Translations under genes and position numbers: made by a program
The notes under the pieces: generated by a model
The model's input: the letters and a program-made list of their open reading frames with translations, nothing else
Told to the model about the DNA's origin: nothing
Database searches by the model: none
Part shown: positions 1 to 13,790 of the stretch, in pieces
How positions within the stretch are numbered: position 1 is the stretch's first letter
How the letters are laid out: every line of letters starts with the position of its first letter
Origin: Nemertoderma westbladi
Lineage: Eukaryota; Animalia; Xenacoelomorpha
Direction: 5' to 3'
Assembly (NCBI GenBank): GCA_032718475.1
Contig: JAUCBJ010008420.1
Location: 35,897 to 99,896 of the forward strand
DNA length: 64,000 bases

Positions 1-1524
1 CTATTAAGAAATAAAAACATGCCCCATATCACTGCAAGCCAAAGGGAAAGTTAGACAACTATAGTTTTCTGTAATTAAATCAAATCATGCTGCTAATATC
101 TATGGTATGGTGTGGGAATAGGCACTAAGGAAATTTATAAGGGAAATAAAAATTTATTGAAATCACCCTTTTTAAAGAAGCACTAAGCTAGACCCCTATC
201 GACCCCAATCTTATAAGGGAACCACGTAAAAATGAGACACGTATAGTCTTTATTGATTCCAGGTTTAATAAATATATATTGAGGTGATAATGAAGGGATG
301 ATTTATATGGAAGTGGGGGATAGCCATAGCGGCCATAGTCAATCAGTGTTAGACCAACTGGGACACACAACAGCCAACTCTGTCCCAGGGAGAAGGGATG
401 GTATGGTATGATATTATTGTTACAGTGAACCAATCAGTTAAATATCGCCATTTGACTGTTCCTTGGCTGTTCCTTGAGACACCCTGCAATTGTAAGTATG
501 AAAAAAGCGAGAAGAAATGATATAAAGTACAGTACAGTAAAGTAAATTTTTTTTCGGCCATTAGGCCAGGGATTGTGCACAAAGTCTGATGACTTATTCC
601 AAGTGCGGTCCCCCCAGAACTCAGAACCCAGAAGCTCCCCAGAGGAAACTCCAGTTCTTATATAGCTACCACTTGAGGATGCAAGACAGAGATGCACCAT
701 GGCTGGTCCCTTCAAAGCATTCGTGCCGAAACGAAAACTGGCCTGGCCTATGTGTAGTCGAGTTTTGGAGCCTTTTTGGCTATTTATTTATATCAATACT
801 ATTCACTCCCTCGGAATTTGTTTAATACAAGAGGTTTATAGTGAAATGGCCGCAATCACAATATCTATTAAAGAACCACTATCATTCATACCACTGTTGT
901 CAGATTACAGAGTAATATTCATTCAAGTATTAGTAACAAAGTTTAGTAGAAAAGGTTAATCAAATACAATAATGATGTCCCACAAACCAGTAAACAGGCT
1001 ATGCTGATTGACTGGTATGCAGTTACTGTCAGACTGTAAAGGTGACAGGCAGATTTGCACTGACTGGTTGCTGTGGAGTGTGGATCTTTGGTAAGGTAGC
1101 AGGATATCATAACACTGCAATATTAAGTGTATATCCTATGGCAACTACCCTACGTCCCTATAGGACACCTACACGCATCTATAAAGCCTACAGTACACCT
1201 CATGGAATAGACATACCTATATTATTCTGTAGGAACAATCATTTGACAAGGAATAATGCCTTGCATGAGCCTTTTCAAATGATTCCTTAAAATGGTCAGT
1301 TAGTAGAATAGCCTAATTTAATCACTGCTAACAAACATGGTGGGTCCCTGGTTATTGGTGGTAAAGGTGGATTTCATTACCTGAAGTGTGGGAAAACTTT
1401 CAAAAAAGCCCTACATGCCAAAAGACGTCTCCAGTGTTTTCGTTTGTCATTAATATGTTCGCCATAGTGAACAGGAATGGAATATATTCTAAGTTTGTAT
1501 ATTTAATATTTTTTACTTACATAC

Positions 1525-1697
1525 CTGGACCATCTGGATTTGCAATTGGGAATGTGCAAGCTTGATTGGATTCTTCTGGCCCAAGATTTACGTTATTACT
1601 ATACCAGATAGCTGCCCAATATGGTATCTGACTACACACTGAGAACAACCAGACACCAAGGCAGGCAACCTGTCCTACACGCATGGATACATTATTC
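1525..1697 (-). CDS. Exon of a rhodopsin-like (class A) GPCR: ICL2, TM4 and ECL2
   Basis: On the minus strand the exon is bounded by ttcccag| and |gtatgt. It translates (R)NNVSMRVGQVACLGVWLFSVCSQIPYWAAIWYSNNVNLGPEESNQACTFPIANPDGP, with the TM4 W and P and an ECL2 Cys. Its phase-2 start matches the 3785-3910 exon. Confidence 0.75.
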
Positions 1698-3784
1698 CTG
1701 GGAAGTAAATATTTATATTTGAGAATTATATTATTGATACTAAGTAACTTTGAATTAGTTCACAACTTTAAATATCTCAAATTTCGTATTAGCCACATTT
1801 GAAAAATGAGTATATTATAAATTTAAAACAAGCACTTGAAGCGACATTTTAATTAACATTTTATTACTATAATTGCTATCAGCGCAATTTTTCATTGTGC
1901 ACAAGCTTAGCAATACTTATAATATCCATAATGCATATATAACAGGAAATGTTTATAGTTATTACTTAATCTTTAATGTTATTTGAAAATGGAAAAATTA
2001 TGTAACTCCCCTGCATAATTATTAAAATAAACGGAATGCCTATGAATATATATATCTCTTCTTTTATAAATCATAGATTGTTCAACTAATTTGACAACAC
2101 TGTCCAATCTGAGAGCATGACTGACTATATATTATCATGTTTTGTACATTTCAGAACATTATTTTGCAGGTAACTAACTGATGTTACAATTATTAAGGTG
2201 TCAAAATCAATCATTATACTGATTGCCATGACCAATATATACCTAAAAATTAACATCAATTTGGTTTCTTGAATTAATTACAACGTTTTTAATCCTGGCG
2301 AAAACGTGACCATATAGCCTTAAGTGGGAGGGTAGCTGCTTAGAGCTTGGTTTAGGCAATAAGGTGTCATGATAATTGCATAGCCTCATTGCCTTTAATA
2401 TGGCATATCCAATTATCCATCCAACCTTGTGTGCCCTGTGAACATTTTGGTATATTTCCAATTCAGGGATTTGGATCATCGGCTGTAAGAGTCCATCAAT
2501 ATCTGGCATAGAGCAGGACAGGCTGCAACCTACACTGAAATTTTCACCCTTCTTTAAGGAGTAATTCAAGTAATCTATCTGATATTAAGATCTTTGACAA
2601 CTGGTTGATGAGCAGCCATTCTTTGCCATGATAGATTTACTATTCTTTTCATGCAGGTCTCATGATGTTTCCATTGGTCAACTTCTGTTTCAAATCAATA
2701 TTCACTTTACCGTTAGGAGTTTGGTCTTTATGCTATAAGCAAAAGATTAGCTTTTGGAGGTAGCTTTGAAATAACTGAAAAAAACATTATTTAAGCATAA
2801 TCCTATGTTTCTGAAAGAATGTCAACAAAACTGATAGCCAATTTCCTGACCTGTTTTTTGCTGTTAGTTCTTTGTGGCTTCTTAAATGCTATATTGGATC
2901 TAAGGTGCCTCTTTCTTTACCGAAACCATTTTGGTTGCCAGACAAGAGTTCCGTCTAACGGATTCCTGTTTGCATTTCCTTATGATACTGTTTGATACTC
3001 TAGTATGTGTGGCTTATTTGATGCTCTTAATATTCAGATAGCAGCTCAGTTAAAAGGTAGATCCGGAAATACTCCCTGATAATTTGTATGCCTGCAACTC
3101 TAACCAACTATGGATGTGCCCACTGCCTAATATATTATAAAAATGGTATTATATTTTATAAATTAATACCTTTTTATACTAGTCTTATACTTGTATACTT
3201 TAAAACTCTACTCTAAAATTTAGTTTTGTCACACATTTGGAAACTACATTTAATCCTTGTATTCCAATCAAGGAAATAACGATTATATCTTGTAAAAATA
3301 GGAATTTTATTTTTATTATTAATTAATTAATATTAAATAGTACAAAACAATAGTCCATGGGAAGGTAGATCTTATCTTTCTAAATTATCAGTACTGTTTA
3401 TTGGTTACTTTTCTACAATATTGTGAAAAATATTTATATATAGTAGTAAAACTACACTTTATATACTAACTAATCTAATACGACTAATGGTAATTTATTC
3501 AATTCTATTCCTGTGGATAAGACGAAGGTCAGTTAATTAATTAATGAGATCGAGCTCCCTATTTTGCGTTTAGTTTTTGCGGTTACGTTTAGGATGCGAT
3601 AGATTGGATGTCCAACACAGGACATGATTTGAAGTCACCAGACAGCACCCGGCCTTTGTCTATCATTTTCTTGAAAATGGGCTTTCTAACCTGCCAGGTG
3701 TGAATCAGCTTAGGTATACATATATTTAAGTAGATCACCATTTATGCTACTGGTGCCGGCTGGGGCAATAATTTTTATATTTAC

Positions 3785-3910
3785 CTGTGGAATATAGGAT
3801 GACACACACTCATATATCTTTCAAAAGTCATAGCAAGTAGGTTATTCGTTGAACAGACCATTGTAAGCCACATAATTCCATCATTCATCCAGGCGAAGCA
3901 ATAAATGTAC
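3785..3910 (-). CDS. Exon of a rhodopsin-like GPCR: TM3 with ERY motif
   Basis: Translates YIYCFAWMNDGIMWLTMVCSTNNLLAMTFERYMSVCHPIFHR, a classic S..NL.AM..ERY..VCHP TM3/ICL2 signature. Flanked by gttacag| and |gtaa on the minus strand; 126 nt, phase 2-2. Confidence 0.8.
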
Positions 3911-4379
3911 CTGTAACAATAGAGCCCTGTCATTGATTTGTTTTCCACAGAAATAAGTTTCAATATTAATTAAAAAACAATAATATAACTGTAAGGTGTG
4001 AGAACAAGTTGTATGCAATAAAGAATAATGGATTAATTATTAATTGTTTATATGTTTTAACATCCATAGATTGTATAAATTATTAAGTAATTTAAACAGG
4101 ACTTTTCAACTTTTCAACGATATGCATGTGAAAAAATGTAAATAATTAATAATTAATTATTTACATTTTTTCACACGCATATCGTTGAAAAGTCCACTTT
4201 TTCTCACTAATATTTTTTAAAAAGAAGTGAATTAATCTGTTTCAAAGAGTGAATTAATCTAACTTTTTTTACACTGATTTTCCAGTAGTTTTGTTTTAAC
4301 ACAATAATAAGAGATACATTATATTATTATATAAAATGCAACAGTTCAAAATGGATAGTATGTAAACGGGGTTCACGCT

Positions 4380-5470
4380 GCCCTGTCTGATCATGGGAGT
4401 TGTCCAACCTTTCTCCTCCTATCCCAGGCTGCTCCGCCACTTTACCTGCGACCCTCTGATAAAATGGCATGCACCACACCACGGCACTGACAATGGTGAA
4501 CTGAATCCGGTTTCGGACCCAGCCCATGACTTGGCTATTTGAACGTCCCCAATTCTGGTGGAGTCTCTCAGCGATAACCCGCAGGAGCATGCTTGCTTGG
4601 GTGGGGGGGGGGGGGGGGGGGGGGGCTAGGACACCATCACAAGATGCCACAAATGGAGAGAAATCTGCGTGACATTCCCAGGCAGCATCCACATACCCCT
4701 GTTCATATCCTTGGCTGACTCAAGGGCTGACATGACTTTGCATCAAGGTTAACCAACTTAATGTCAATCAATGCTCTCAGTCTGTGGGTTGAATGCTCCT
4801 CGAATGCCTATGTCGCACCGAAGACCGGAATCTCTATCAGTCCCCTGCTGCTTACAGACAATTAGCTCTAGAGTAATGTTGCGTATGAGGCCCAAATGCC
4901 ATTGCTGCCAGATTGCCTAAACCATCCTGGAGCTCATTGTTACAATTTAAGCCATGTTTCAAATCGTAGGGGGCTCCCACATCCATCACACTGACTGGGC
5001 ACTGAGGAGAGGGCACCAGCACATTCGACATCGGCCATAGCCGTCGCTGTGGCATCTCCCCTACTGCTTCAGCTAACTGAGTTTTCTGATTCATTAGCTG
5101 CTGAGACCAGGCTGCTTTCCGCGTTTGTTGGAGGCACTCGATGTGGCCTGCCAGAAAGAACTATGTCTCACCAGTATTTGTCTTCACCAGCAGTTGTGTC
5201 CCCTTCCTAGAGACGGAGTATGAATGAGGGGCCTCCATGACTGGGTCGCATAGTCTTAGTCCTCCTGAATGCTGGGAAATAGCGAACAAACTCCTCTCTG
5301 TGGCTGAAACTGTGCCACAGAAGATAGCTGACAGAAAACGCTTAGATATTGCTACCTCCAGAGTGAGCCACAAAATCAGCATCGCAATCTGGGGTTACCC
5401 ACTGGAGATAGGCCCAATCCCTCTGGAGGAAGCAGGCCATGGTGGTGAATGCTGCTTGAGGTTGAGCCTT
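4380..5470 (-). mobile_element. Degenerate non-LTR retrotransposon with restriction-like endonuclease (HERO/CRE/R2-group), 3' fragment
   Basis: Broken ORFs carry PQAAF...LQRDWAYLQWVTP, GGLRLCDP, NELQDGLGNLA, GLRCDIGIRG and FSPFVASCDGVLA...LLRVIAERLHQNWGRSNSQVMGWVRNRIQF, typical of the C-terminal RLE region. Frameshifts and a poly-G insertion are present. Confidence 0.65.
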
Positions 5471-5929
5471 TGATATTTTTTGAAAATCAGTTAAAAAAGT
5501 AAAAATTTGGTTAAAAAAAGTACTTTTCACTAATTTTGAAGTTAGTTAAAAATACTCTTTTAAACTAATGTTTCAGAATACAGCTCATAAATTGAGGAGT
5601 TACAATTACTTTTATATACTTATATGTCAATAAACTATCTGTATTTTTTTTAACCTCATAAGTCTCATTTAGTTACATAGATAATAAAAACTTTACAAAA
5701 TTCAGATAATATTAAACAATACCCACCACCAACTGACATTACTAGGCAACAAATGTAAGAGGGAAATTTAAAATGAAAAGTGTACTTTTCCCACCCCCAA
5801 CACAGAAACAGCCTCTATGGTGTATGGAGCATACTACTGTACTACCGCATCCTGCCGAACTGTGCCAACACCCCTGGGTCTGAGTCCGCGTTAGCCAACC
5901 GGATCGATGAGTCTGTGATGACCTACCGC

Positions 5930-6430
5930 ACTGGTCGCCTAGCAGCGGTAACCTTGCAAACACATTAAGGATGACCTGAGGAGGGAGAAACTGATTCGCA
6001 GACATACACCCATGAGACGCACTCCAGATAGGGAACCTGACGTTTGTCGGACAACTTCACCACCAGTCATTTGACAAACTGGTGGGCAGATGGTGCCATT
6101 CCACCGAAAGCAGAGAAGATTAAGGGAGTGAAGGTGGAGTGTTCCACCTAGCATAATTTATCTTCGTATTTCCGGCACTTCCTCGCCTCATGGTGAAGAT
6201 GTGTGGTGTCATTCGGCATTGCTGCATTGATGTCTGCCAGTGGGTTGAACACCAACATGTCGATGAACAATTTCTGATGGCGATTGCGGAATGCAGAATG
6301 TGCTCACCGACACATTGAGCCGCGCCAGCTGGTCTGTTGAGGTGGACTGGAGAGTGAAGGAATCACCTGTTAGTGTCTAGAGCATTAGCTCGACAGCCAC
6401 ATTGTGGGCCACCTCGGTTAGGGTGTCGAA
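5930..6430 (-). mobile_element. Second degenerate RLE-type non-LTR retrotransposon fragment
   Basis: Minus-strand remnants ARLNV, RHQKLFIDMLVFNPLA and LRISFSLLRSSLMCLQG resemble the RLE C-terminus of HERO/CRE-like elements; frameshifted. Confidence 0.5.
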
Positions 6431-6879
6431 ATCACGGATCTCATTGTGTCTGATGGAGGGGAAACCTCCAGTGGGACACAACAGAACGTGGGTTGCAGAA
6501 AATCAGGACCCATAGACACAATGAGATGGTAGGTTCTTCGGCGACGAACCATAGCGTATAGACCATCTGTATGGTGTTTGTCATCAGTAGTATATAGCTG
6601 TATAGTACTGTACAGTACAATCATAATACCGGCATACATCAAGCAGAACGGCAGCGAGAAGTACTGGAAAGCTGGACCTGGCAGGCCTTTGGCCTAATAG
6701 TAATATCCTTCTTGATGATCTGAATGTGCCTTCCTTTTCATACTTTAATGAGGATGATATGTTTTTGGGGCTTTGGGTCTTATGAAGTACCCCAAAATAC
6801 CTGAAAACAGTTCAAATATACCATATAATACTAATCAATAATAGTTACTAATCAAAACAATAAATGAGAATAAGATAAC

Positions 6880-7330
6880 AATTTTGTGTCTATTTTAGTT
6901 AATGTTGCAATTTTGTAATGTTCTTGGGTAATCTAAATGCACAAAATAGAGGCTCCACTTTATTTTTGAAAATGAATTTTCAAATTTATAGTATTTTAGA
7001 CTTTTTATGAGGTATTTCGTAGGACTGGGACCTTCTGCCTGAGAAATCCAAAGATACAGTGATAAGGCCGGTAATACTTTTTAAAATAAAACAATATATT
7101 CAATATATAATAATAGAAAAAATATAATGGAAAAATTTTTTTTAGCTCATTTTCTTTAGTGAAATTCAGATATTCTGACCTTGTGTTTAGTTTTTCACTC
7201 ATTGGCTCTCACTTAATTTCACTCACTTAGATCATTTTAAATGCCTAAATTTCCAACTTATGTAAATTTCAACCACTTAAGAATAGTTGAATTTTACTAA
7301 ATTGAAATTGAGTGAAAAAATTTTCAGCTT
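6880..7330. repeat. Dispersed repeat, copy 1 (probable DNA-transposon end)
   Basis: Same-orientation diverged match to 12690-13203: cgtaggac..cttctgcct, aaataaaacaatatattc, ctcattttctttag.gaaattcag, tcaaccact..aatagttgaatt, gagtg.aaaaat. Confidence 0.6.
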
Positions 7331-8039
7331 ACTTTTTTTATGGAATAATAGTCCTATTATTAACTCCATACATTAGAATACGCAGGTGGTTTTAATTACA
7401 GCACATTATCAGCTCTCTACATAAGTAGTAGCAAAGCAAAAGCAGCAGTATTGTAAATATAATTTGTTTGTTTGTATATAGTTGTTTCAAGTCTGCTTGC
7501 CATGCAATATTATACTTGTGATTCTTTTTTGACATTCTTCTGCCTTACATTTACTCTTATTCTTAGACTCCCGGCTGTGGGGCAAATTAGTTAAAACTGC
7601 AGGCCATCAGTGATCTGTTATAATTATACTATGGCCATTGTGTATTGTAATAATGTCATTCCTGGTAACATTAATACTACCCCAAACCAATTAGCTGAGC
7701 ACAGCAGGCAATCCATTTTACCCTTTCAATCTGATCATCTTCATACAGAAATATCTAACTCATTCACACAATAGCAGTTGCACACAGACAGAGGCTCAAA
7801 TTGTCATCATTAGCTTCATTTTTATTCAATTATCTTCATTACCATTAGAAATAGTTGTAGGCAAGTTTCTCAACTTCGTAGTAGTGGTCTCCCTTTGACA
7901 TTTAATGGAAGTCACAAAGGTGATAAGTGTTCTGTATCACACAACACCTAGAGATTCAGAGTCAACAACGATAAGATGATGTATGATTGTTTTAAAATGC
8001 ACAATTGGCTGAACTCATTTGAGAATACTGGCACTGTTC

Positions 8040-9350
8040 CAGCTCCAGGAAAGTTCCCAACAAAATCTCATAATAATGCGATAGCAAGGCAGCATGTTGT
8101 GGAATTCTAAGACAATCTTCCCAAGATGCCATCATCGCATTACTGTAGGGCACATACCACTCGATTGTATGTAGAACCTCAGTTTAAAACTAAAAAAGCT
8201 TTGTATGATTTGTATTGTCAAAATATCACAGAAAAATATAACGATGGTAATATTATGAGCTCGACTTCGTTTTTAAATGAAAGTGAAAATTTGAAAATTT
8301 CCCTTTTGGCCCCTAAAAAAGACCAATGCGATACGTGTGTGGCATTCAAACATCAAAATATTAGTAAAAGCGAATATGAAGAACACATGAATCGCCGGAG
8401 TAGTTTGAGGGCTGAGAAGGAGGCAGACAAAGAGAGAGGCATAGAAGCAAATGGCGATGGACTTATTGTTATAATGGTTGATGAGGAAGCAGTTGTATTG
8501 ACCCCGTATGTTCAAGCAAGTGATGCCTACTACCGATCAAAGTTGTCGACGCACAACTACACTGTTTATAATTGTGTAAGTAAAAGTGCAACCTGTTATA
8601 TTTGGAACGAGACAGAGGGCAATGTAGATGGAGAAGATTACGGATCCTGTCTGTATGATGATTACATAGTCCAATTAAATCTTAAACCGAAATAAATCAA
8701 CGCTAATTATCTGGAGTGATGGTTGTGGAAGACAACATCGATGTGCACCTCTTGCGAATATCTTACAATATCTTGCATTGAAACTGGATGTAACAATAAT
8801 TCAAAAATACCTAGAAAAGGGACATACGCAAATGGAGGTGGATACAATTCATTCAGTAATAGAGCGAAAAAGCATAGGGATAATATTATAGTAGGGATAG
8901 TATATATTATATACGCCCCATCTAGCTTTGGTGAGTTTGTACGTGGTTGCAGATCTAAACAAACTCTGGTCAATAACTATGTTGAGCACACTTTCTTCAA
9001 GACTTTTAAAGCCATTGCTCTAATTTCTGACATTCGGCCAGGAAAGAAAAAAAGGCGATCCAATAGTAGTTAACCTTTGTTCACTGAAATACTCTAAAAG
9101 TGGGGACATGCCCTTAGATAAGTTAAACATAGGAGACCAATGGCAAGTGCTACCAGTTCGAAATCCGATGCAAGTGACATTACATAAGGTATCGATCGAT
9201 TCAAGATCTGGAAAAGAAAATACTTGCAACATATAATTCAAGACTTTCAATATCTGAGAGAAAATATAATGATCTCCAGGCTTTGAAGATGGTGATACCC
9301 AAAGATTATCAAAAATTCTACAATGAAATACCGCATGGGGCCGCTTCTGA
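8040..9350 (+). pseudogene. Decayed DDD/E DNA transposase, Sola (Sola1-like)
   Basis: Motifs LPKMPSSHYCR, PKKDQCDTC, D.EAVVLTP...YYRSKL..HNYTVYN, CYIWNETEG, IIWSDGCG and KYLEKGHTQMEVDTIHSVIER are spread across frameshifted ORFs 8126-8695 and following. The superfamily call is from recalled motifs. Confidence 0.6.
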
Positions 9351-9419
9351 ATGTGACTGATCTAGAGTAGCTCTGTGATCCGTGCAATAATATTCATTCA
9401 TATCTTTGACATCAAACGG

Positions 9420-9800
9420 CAAATGCAATTATTATTTATATGCGAGAGCTAATACATTAATTAGGAAGTTTGGTTCGGCCAGCTTATCTGTCAGAGTAGC
9501 GCTGTTTCGTGCATTTTGCACCCAGATCTATGGTAATGCACTATGGGCGGGTCAGCACTACTCTGATAGTATATATAACAAAATTAGAGTGGCATATAAT
9601 AACTCTATTCGTTTATTTTTCAATATTCCGAGATTTGCTGATGGAGAACCCACCAGTATAAGCTTAACATGTGCACAATTAAATTTACCGATGTTTATTC
9701 ACATCCGACATCGCTCCATAGCTAGCTTGATATCTAGGGTGTGCAAGTCGGATAATTTAATTGTATGTGCGGTATATAGTACATGCCGATTAGCTGGTTA
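9420..9800 (+). mobile_element. LINE reverse-transcriptase C-terminal fragment (RTE-X-like)
   Basis: LYARANTLIRKFGSASLSVRVALFRAFCTQIYGNALW...KIRVAYNNSIRLFFNIPR is a typical post-RT region of non-LTR elements. Confidence 0.6.
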
Positions 9801-11840
9801 TATAAGGAATACTATTGGCGAGAGAATTCCACCCTGTGGGACACCACAGAGCATAGATCTAAGGGTTGAAATTATCTCGCCAATACTTACAAACTGCGTT
9901 CTAGAACTAAGAAAGCTAGCCAGTAATTTATGTGGGATGCCTCTGATACCGTACCGTACATATGTAGTTTATCAAGAAGAATTTTAAAATCTATAGTATC
10001 AAATGCCTTTTTAAGGTCAATAAAAATAGTACGTACTGGCTGTTTGAATAAATTATGTAATTGACAAAAGAGCATCTGTTGTAGATGTCTTTGAGCGGAA
10101 ACCATACTGGGATTTTGCAATTATTGAGAATTTGTCTAGGTAAGATTTAATAATCTTCTCAAAAATTTTACTCAAGACAGGTAACAAGGATATCGGCTGG
10201 TAGTTGTTTGTGTCGGTAGGGTCTTGAAATTTTTAAAGAATATGGAAAAAACCCGTTTTTTATAGATAAATTTATCAGATAGTTCAAGTGTATAGATAGT
10301 GGCTGTGCTGCTAAAATTAATAGTCTCGCAGGGAAGTTGTCATTGGACGACGAGTTAGGGTTTAGGTGTAGTAAGTGATATTGTATTTCTACTGGCGAGG
10401 TCTCACAGAGTGAAGAGGATGATGGATTTTTATGTCGTACATTACGCAGTGGTGATCGTGGCGATTTAGGTATAGTTTCTGCTAGTGAAGGACCAATAGT
10501 CGAAAAGTGTTTATTAATAGCATTAGCAAGGTATTGCTTTTCTGCATTGCGTCATGGAATGCTATATAGAGATATTCTCTATATAGCATTCCATGATTGC
10601 GTAGAGTAGTCGTTAATTTATTTCGAAACGTCCTATATTTATTTAACAGCATTATTTATTATCAGTTGGTTTTTTTTTAATAAATTCTGTATATTTTATT
10701 TTTACGTAAAGTAGAATTTATAAGTCCCCGTGTCATCCACGGTTTATTTTGGGCTTCCCGTTTCGGTAAGTTCTTTTCAAGAACATGTGAACGGCAAATT
10801 TTCTGGAGGTCAGAATAAAACAAGTCAAATTTTTTATCATCTGGTTCATTATTGTTTGTACACGACCAAGATGTCTGCTCGTTTATATCATTTAAAAATT
10901 ATGTTACATTAAAGTTTCCATAATCAAAAACGTTTTTTGTTGTTTTTTCATTAAAAAAAACAAGATTATTCCGTAAAAACCACAAAAGTTGAGTAGTGGT
11001 CCGTAGTTCCGATGTCACATTCAAAAGGGGCAAAGATAGATAGTGAAGTTGTTATATTTGTTATTATGTGATCAATTAGACTTTTGGACCACTCGGTAAC
11101 TCGAGTTGGCTGTTTAATTAATTGCGTGAATCCGAAGGAATTTATTAATTCTATATATGTTTTAGATACACACACATGAAGATTTTAGTAGATCAATATT
11201 ATTTATATCTCCGGTAATAAAGACATCCTGGTTTGATTGCGATAATTTTTTTAAAGTAGAACCCAATTGGTTGATAAAATTATCAATATTCACAGAATCA
11301 GAACGATATATGGTACCAATAATTACTGGTTGATTGTGATTTCGTTTAATTTGGATCCGCGAATTTTCCGGTCCCTCCATTTTTAGATCGACTCTTTCTT
11401 TCAGTCGCTTCTAAAGATTCCTTTATATAAATGGCAGTACCGCCTCGATTTAACGTTGTTCCTAGTGTTCGGTTATCAGTGAAAGGACCTTGATATCCAG
11501 AAATTTTTACAAGATCGGTTAGATAATTGTCAGTTAAGACATCAAACTGTTTGTCTAAAATATTCAAAAAATCAGTAATCGGTGATAAATTTTTTTGCAG
11601 GCTCTTACAGAAGGGAAAGGTTTCTTTAAAGCAGAAAACGCAAAATCGGGTTGACAAAGGGTTAGGTTCAGCAATCTCCCTCAGGCTTAGGTGTGATCCG
11701 CACTGGCAGTGAAAATTATTTGAACGCAATTCACACTGAAATACATAATCCGGTGGGGCGATTATAGAAAAACAAAATTGGCACAATAATTTTTTGTTGG
11801 GTGTAAACATACGGTTAATTCTGGCTAATGTAATCAAATT
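9800..11840 (-). mobile_element. Degenerate CR1/L2-group (Crack/Daphne-like) LINE ORF2: Cys-rich N-terminus, APE endonuclease and RT
   Basis: Minus-strand endonuclease motifs GGTAIYIKES, IIGTIYR, ITGDINNIDLLK, PTRVTEWSKSLIDHIITN and TDHYSTF. RT motifs PISLLPVLSKIFEKII, IFIDLKKAFDTID and GVPQGGILSP. Many frameshifts. Confidence 0.8.
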
Positions 11841-12689
11841 TTAGTAATTTTAGTTAGTACAGAGATCGCAGTTGCTATGCCTACGTATGAACTAAAGCTT
11901 ACAAAACTGCAGTCTGAAGAGGTAGGCAATGAGTCTGACAGTTTTAAGACAGAAAGTTATCAATAGGACCGTACGTGAGATGGAATTAACCGCGTGTTTG
12001 AATATCACTCTAAGACGAATCTGGCAAAACAGGCAGGTCTATTTATATAGATAGACAACAAAAATAATTACGGTTGAAGCAAATATTTCTTAGTAAATAA
12101 TTGAAAAAATAACACAAAAAGGGATACCGGATTCGGTTAATTATGTAACAGACAGTTAAGTTCATGTGTCTGAAATTTCCAACCCTATCGTGGTTAACAT
12201 AACAAAAGTTTCATAAAAAAGAGAAGAATAAACTAAAATACTAAAATAATCAAAATTTCGGATTACAATGGCTACTACCTGCAGATATTATTAGTAGTCA
12301 TTAAAAAAAACACCTAAAATAGTTGGTTTTTCAAGTTGTACAGTAGTGGGACTATGGGCCCATTTCACTGTGCCAGTGCTGTGTTCCGGTCTGGTAGTAG
12401 GCATAATTGTTTTGTTTACAGCCCTGTCAGTAACGAATAGGTCGTTCCTGAAAAAATGAAAAAATTCAAATGAAAAAACTAGTTTCGAAAAAAAAATGAA
12501 AAAATACTTGCTTTTGAAAAAAAATTAAAAAAAATACTAAAAAAGTAGTAAATGGCCGGAAATCACCACCGTAATGAATATTATTTTTTTATTTTATTTA
12601 TACCATATAATCAGTCCATAAATACCAGTTTACCGTATTATGGTAAGGGGACCGAAAAGGTTACAGTGGTAGTTTTTTCTAACCAAAAC

Positions 12690-13203
12690 AATAAGCGAGA
12701 GATCTCGGGTACATTTTGTGGTGTTTTACATACATACAAATAGGAATTCTTCATTTTGCAATGTTTTCGGGTAAACAGAATGTCCAAAACAGAGGCCCGA
12801 AAACAAGTACCGGTATTTTAGTTAATGAATCAAGTTTTTAGGGGTATTTTTGAAGTTATTTTGAGGTATTTTGGTTTCTTGGTGTGTTTTGTGGTAATTC
12901 GTAGGACCGAGAGCTTCTGCCTAACAAATTCAAGTATATAGTGATACAATGTGTGATAGATAACGCTAAGTGATATTTTTTTCAAATAAAACAATATATT
13001 CGATATAAAAACGTGAGGGAAAGCACTATTTTCCACTCATTTTCTTTAGCGAAATTCAGGTATCCTGTATCAGGTATCAGGTAGCCCCCGTGTGTTGACA
13101 TTCTAGCAAGCATTCTTGCAAACTCCTGTAAAACTCAACCACTCTAGACAAAATAGTTGAATTAAGCTGTTATGAAAATGAGTGCAAAAATGCGGTGTAG
13201 TCC
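12690..13203. repeat. Dispersed repeat, copy 2, ending ...gtgtagtcc at a TTAA
   Basis: Diverged direct match to 6880-7330. It ends immediately before the TTAA (13204-13207) that precedes the next TIR element. Confidence 0.55.
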
Positions 13204-13790
13204 TTAATGGGGTAGACGACTCGGAAATTTTTTTTCGAGTTTTCGTTGGTTTCATGTGAAAGAGCATGTGAAATAACCCCAGAGAGCAATTTTACTTAAA
13301 AAAAATAAATATTGGCCGAGTTATAGCGATTTTAAAACGCAAAATTAGCAACATCGAAAAATCAGGCCGTTTCAGAAAACTGCACTAGTGACGTCACTAG
13401 TGCAGCAGTAAATGTTCATTGGTTACTATACAATATAAATCTCTTAGTAACTAAAATAAATTGTGTAGCTAATATTTATTTAGTGTGTTTTTGTGTTGTG
13501 TTAAGAATACATTATTTGATATCTTAATGTGGAAATTGATTCATGACAAGTTAATTATTCCAGAATAATAATTATTTTTCCCAAACTATACAGTTGTTAG
13601 CTATAAAAATAAAATATATTTGTAGCTAAAACTGCCAGGTGATAGAAATCCAGTAGCTTATTGATGTTTCATTTAAGCTTCAAAACTTAGATTACTTTGG
13701 ATTAGATTGTGGATTCGCACTTTTTCGATTGTAATTATTTTTATACAAGTTAAATTATTGAATTCCAATTGATAGTTGATAGTTATACTC

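Noticed and set aside
1381-1488. Next GPCR exon (TM5) on the minus strand
   Set aside because: AG/GT-bounded, but the required phase gives a stop and no TM5 motif, and the intron would be only about 35 nt.
2243-3130. 108-aa minus-strand ORF and adjacent coding-like sequence
   Set aside because: No recognisable motif; probably decayed TE, and it cannot be supported.
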